Shown: piece by piece, positions 60,529 through 64,000 of the stretch
Numbering within the stretch: position 1 is the stretch's first letter
How the letters are laid out: every line of letters starts with the position of its first letter
NCBI GenBank assembly: GCA_001643675.2
Contig: LSRY02000014.1
Coordinates: forward strand, 620,001-684,000
Length of the DNA: 64,000 nucleotides
Direction: 5' to 3'
From: Monocercomonoides exilis PA203
Lineage: Eukaryota; Protista; Preaxostyla
Notes under the pieces: model-generated
Seen by the model: the letters and a program-made list of their open reading frames with translations, nothing else
Database searches by the model: none
Told to the model about the DNA's origin: nothing
Program-made: the position numbers and the translations under genes

Positions 60529-60850
60529 GGACAAGATTGATAACAATAACCGAAAGAGGAAAAATTCTGTTTGTTTTCCTCAGAACATTCCTCATCGATA
60601 CAAACTTATTTGATACACACGACTTTCAAAACAGCTTCATTCATGCTCAGATATATATTATTATTGAAAATATCAGAGTAACTCAAAATCACACTTCTGC
60701 GAGATTTCAATCATTAATTTTATTTTATGAGCACAAATGAAGCCATTTTGAAAGTCTCGTGTCTCAAATGAGTTTATATAAATGAGATATATTTATAGGA
60801 AAATCATCAGAATTATTCCACTTGCAGTTATTGTGAAATCAATCTTGTCC
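60529..60850. repeat. Degenerate fold-back element
   Basis: GGACAAGATTGATAACAATAAC versus GTTATTGTGAAATCAATCTTGTCC, with additional inner inverted similarity (~60644-60732). Confidence 0.5.
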
Positions 60851-60989
60851 AAAAATTTGTGTTCACTCCAAGAAATTTATGCAAAAAAAATAATGTGAAA
60901 ACGAGAACTCCAAAAAAGATTAAAATTTTTATTTAAATAATTTAAAGAATATAAAAGCATTTTCCTGAAATTCATTGTTTTTTCAATAT

Positions 60990-62793
60990 GGGGGGAAATA
61001 TGGACTTTCAAGCTTTTAATGCACAAAGAATGAAAAAATTGTTTCACTTACAACTTTTTTAAAACTGAACCAGATTTCAGTATAAATTGGATTTTCATAT
61101 GGCAAAATTTTTTTGAAAAGTTCCTTTTGTTTAATTTTCAACAAAAATAATAATTTCATATTTTGATCAAATTTCTGTTCCCACTTATGAAAATATGTTT
61201 TCATGAAAACAAATTCAAGACAAAGCTAATATTTACATTATTGTGAAGTTTCGTGAGTGGGAACAGAAATTTGATGAAAATATGAAATTTTTGTTTTATT
61301 TGAAAATTAAACAAAAGGAACTTTTCAAAAAAATTTTGCCATATCTGTAAACAAACATAACAATGTTATTACAAATAGTTTTGTGACATTCCATGAATGT
61401 CAAAAAATGAACACATTTATTTCAAAATTTTTGAACACAAAAAGGTTTATCAAAAGTGCATAATTTTTCAATGAAAATGCCTAAAGTCAAATATTTTGTC
61501 CCATATAGAGTGTCACAAAACAAGGAAATGTGGGACATAAATTTTTTATAATGTTTTTGTGATCGAAAAGTGTGTAAAAAAAAGTGTTGTGGAAAAAGGA
61601 GAAAACTTTTCACTTGTGAAAAGGTCATCCAATTGAACTCATGAAAGAGAGATATAATTGGTTTGTCATTGCTCTTATAGCTATATTCAAATGAAATGAT
61701 TTTCTTCTATTGGTATTTTCATTATTAAATATGACATAAATTTTCCACATCGGATGGAAACTGTTTTTTAAAACGCAATTGAATACTTGTTTTTTTTTCG
61801 ATATATATATAAGTGATTGAAAATGTTGAAACATGAGTCTGGTTTGAATTTATTTCGAAATAATTACGTTGTTTATTTGATAAAAATTTTTTCAAATTTA
61901 TAAACGGACAAACAATTTGCATGAATTATTAAAAAAAAAAACCAGGGTTAAATGAAAGCTTGAATATTTCATTTTGTTGTTCTGTGAGAAAAAACATTAA
62001 TTGTTTCTTATATATATTTTTATTTTGCTCTTGAAAAACCATTTGTTTCACAAAAAAGAATTGTCAGAATATATGGGATAATTCTATTCGTTTTGTTAAT
62101 GTCGAACAGCTTGACAATAATTTTAATTGAAAGACTATAAAATTGACAGATTATGAATAATTTATTAATTTAATAAATACAGTCTGAACCGGATATAATC
62201 ACATCGAATACAATCATATTCGTTATTAGTCACATTTTTCCATGCACCGACATTTTTGGCCAATATTTCATTCGTTTTCAATCACATATTATCACAGGGC
62301 TGAAAATATCTTATCACATTTTTTATTATCGTGGGTGATATTTTTTATGAATAATCGATTATTTGAACAAAAATTTCAACAATTTGATTTTTCAAAATAG
62401 AATATAAATAATTCTGAATGATGCAAATTAATGATGAAAATTGATTTCACGAGTGAATAAAGTGCTTTTGTGAGGAATTTTCATGAATGAAAAAATTGAC
62501 TCAAAATTAATAAATTTGTTAATGTGGGACATAATATTTGACTTCAAGCATTTTCAGAAAAAAATTATGCACTTTTCATTGACTTTTTGAGGTCAAAAAA
62601 CACAATAAAAATTAGTCCACTTTTTGACATAGGCGAAATCTCGCAATTCTTCATGTATTGATTTCAACGATGCCTGTTTTCCGATATAAAAATAATATTT
62701 ATTTTTGAATTTGAGAAAGTGAAATAAAGTTATAAGTTAAACAATTTTTTCTTGTTTTGTGCAAAAAAAGCTTGAAAGTCTATATTTTCCCCC
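60990..62793. mobile_element. Two inverted, diverged copies of a GG-ended dispersed repeat (~60990-61510, interrupted by MITE A, and ~62333-62793)
   Basis: ATAT|GGGGGGAAATATGGACTTTCAAGCTTTT versus AAAAGCTTGAAAGTCTATATTTTCCCCC. Similarity continues at AAAAGTGCATAATTTTT..AAGTCAAATATT.TGTCCCA (61453-61504 versus 62525-62577). Confidence 0.7.
61101..61340. mobile_element. 240-bp fold-back MITE (family A), ~95-bp arms, GGC...GCC termini, ATAT TSD
   Basis: ATAT|GGCAAAATTTTTTTGAAAAGTTCCTTTTGTTTAATTTTCAA ... TTGAAAATTAAACAAAAGGAACTTTTCAAAAAAATTTTGCC|ATAT. The empty site is visible in the inverted paralog at ~62670-62693. Confidence 0.9.
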
Positions 62794-62905
62794 ATGTATT
62801 TTGAGTCAATTTTTTCGTTGTTAAGCAGCATCATATATTATCACAATCGGATATAGTCACAAAAAGTTGTGCAAAAACCGATGTGATAAAATCCGATTTC
62901 GACTG
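62180..62905. mobile_element. Degenerate Tc1/pogo-type (CAGT-ended) non-autonomous element interrupted by the GG-ended repeat
   Basis: TA|CAGTCTGAACCGGATATAATCACATCG versus CGATGTGATAAAATCCGATTTCGACTG; repeated subterminal ATCAC/GTCAC motifs. The right flank is GA rather than TA. Confidence 0.55.
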
Positions 62906-63353
62906 GATGCATTGTTCAAAGGTGTTTGTATTAATAGTTTCAGAACAAAATTGTTTGTCATTAAGCACTTTTCTAATATAATTCAAATGAATTGAATATT
63001 TCATTAATGGAATGCCAGTAGATGGATGACACTCAGATAAAAAAAAACAAGAAATGCTTTAAACATTTTCTATCGATATATCTTTTGATTTTTTGAAATA
63101 ACTTTAATATGAATTTTGTCATTTATTATCAATTTTGTTAATCTTTCAACCATTGCTATTATTTTTAAAAACAGATCCAAACTTTTCAAATGTAGTATTG
63201 TTTTGGGAAAACACTTTATTGACACATCTCCTTTATTATTTGTTTTTCAATACATGCTGACTTTTAGCGATCTTTATGTCTTTAAAAAAATGTCATTTTT
63301 ATTAAGGGAGAATGATTCAACAGGCATTATTGCATTATATTAATCATCTCCAG

Positions 63354-63753
63354 ATGCCCAATTTATAAGAGAAACAAAAAAATTACAGAAGTTGAATGGC
63401 TTTCAATAGAAGAGGATCACTATTTAATTGATGAAAAAGAAATGAAATGCATCAACACAGATGTGATAACAATCATGTTTGAAAAATGTGAGTGCAATAG
63501 AGAGGAAATAATGAAGAATGGAATTGATCTTGTCGAAAAAATTGTGATAACAAAAAAAGAATTATTCAACTCAGGAATAATTCATTAAAGCAGTTTCTTC
63601 AGAACACTTGCAGCTAAATCAAAAGGAAGAGATATGCGTTCTGCTGGAAGACCGCCTTTTTTGAGTCAACAAAACACATCTGTTGGATAAAACTCAGTGA
63701 ATGAAGAAATAGCTCAAGGAGCGTATATTTGTGGCAAACAAGTGAGACATATG
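63354..63753 (+). pseudogene. Decayed exon encoding an HTH-like/GRPP segment, possibly a transposase DNA-binding domain relic
   Basis: Between a CAG acceptor and a GTTTGA donor the frame reads CPIYKRNKK...ITKKELFNSGIIH*SSFFRTLAAKSKGRDMRSAGRPPFLSQQNTSVG*NSVNEEIAQGAYICGKQVRHM, with two in-frame TAA. Confidence 0.35.
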
Positions 63754-63790
63754 GTTTGAAGTTCTATCGTTAATAATATTTGGGTAATTC

Positions 63791-64000
63791 TTTTTGAAAA
63801 GTCGCAAATGTTTAATTTTCAAATACTTCAAGAATTTCACATTTTACCAAATATTTTGTTAACAAATATCAAACTTCACTTAAATGGAATTTATTATTTG
63901 ATAATGCTATTTCAAACATTCTTGAGGAGATTTGTGAGCTGAAACAGAAATTTGATCAAGATATGAAATTTTTGATTTATTTGAAAATCAAACATTTGCG
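63791..64000. mobile_element. Third MITE family A-related copy, cut by the window end
   Basis: CGCAAATGTTTAATTTTCAAATA (63804-) is inverted against TATTTGAAAATCAAACATTTGCG (-64000); shares AACAGAAATTTGAT..ATATGAAATTTTTG with 61101-61340. Confidence 0.75.

Noticed and set aside
60990-62793. Single 1.8-kb element with very long TIRs
   Set aside because: The right 'arm' lies inside a different CAGT-ended element and appears to have its own GGGTGAT end at 62333, so two independent inverted copies fit better
63354-63753. TAA/TAG-to-Gln reassigned genetic code suggested by in-frame TAA
   Set aside because: TCTP, the transposase and the EF-hand gene end in TAA at the expected positions, and 12-kb ORFs lack internal TAR codons; pseudogene decay is simpler

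Overview
Eukaryotic, intron-containing, AT-rich genomic DNA using the standard genetic code (TCTP and the transposase end in TAA). The gene families and short GT-AG introns suggest an oxymonad/metamonad such as Monocercomonoides; this is an inference from family recognition, not a search. The centre (about 10.0-36.5 kb) holds two convergent, paralogous genes for ~4,100-aa single-pass receptors. Each has a signal peptide, 8 colinear Cys-capped beta-helix-like modules, a TM helix and a tyrosine-kinase-like pseudokinase. Their ectodomains are strongly diverged, but their last 2.3 kb (juxtamembrane region, TM, cytoplasmic domain, 3' flank) form an essentially identical inverted repeat. The only difference I found is a 1-bp homopolymer deletion that truncates the minus-strand copy. 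To the right are a complete Merlin (IS1595/ISXO2-like) transposon with TIRs and TSD, and a block of spliced genes: TCTP, a CEP76-like C2 protein, a SAPS/PP6R-like protein, an EF-hand protein and two hypotheticals. Both flanks are dense with non-autonomous inverted-repeat elements. Several share GG...CC termini and 4-bp AWWT target duplications, including a 4.46-kb element carrying decayed gene-like cargo. No rRNA, tRNA or CRISPR array was seen.
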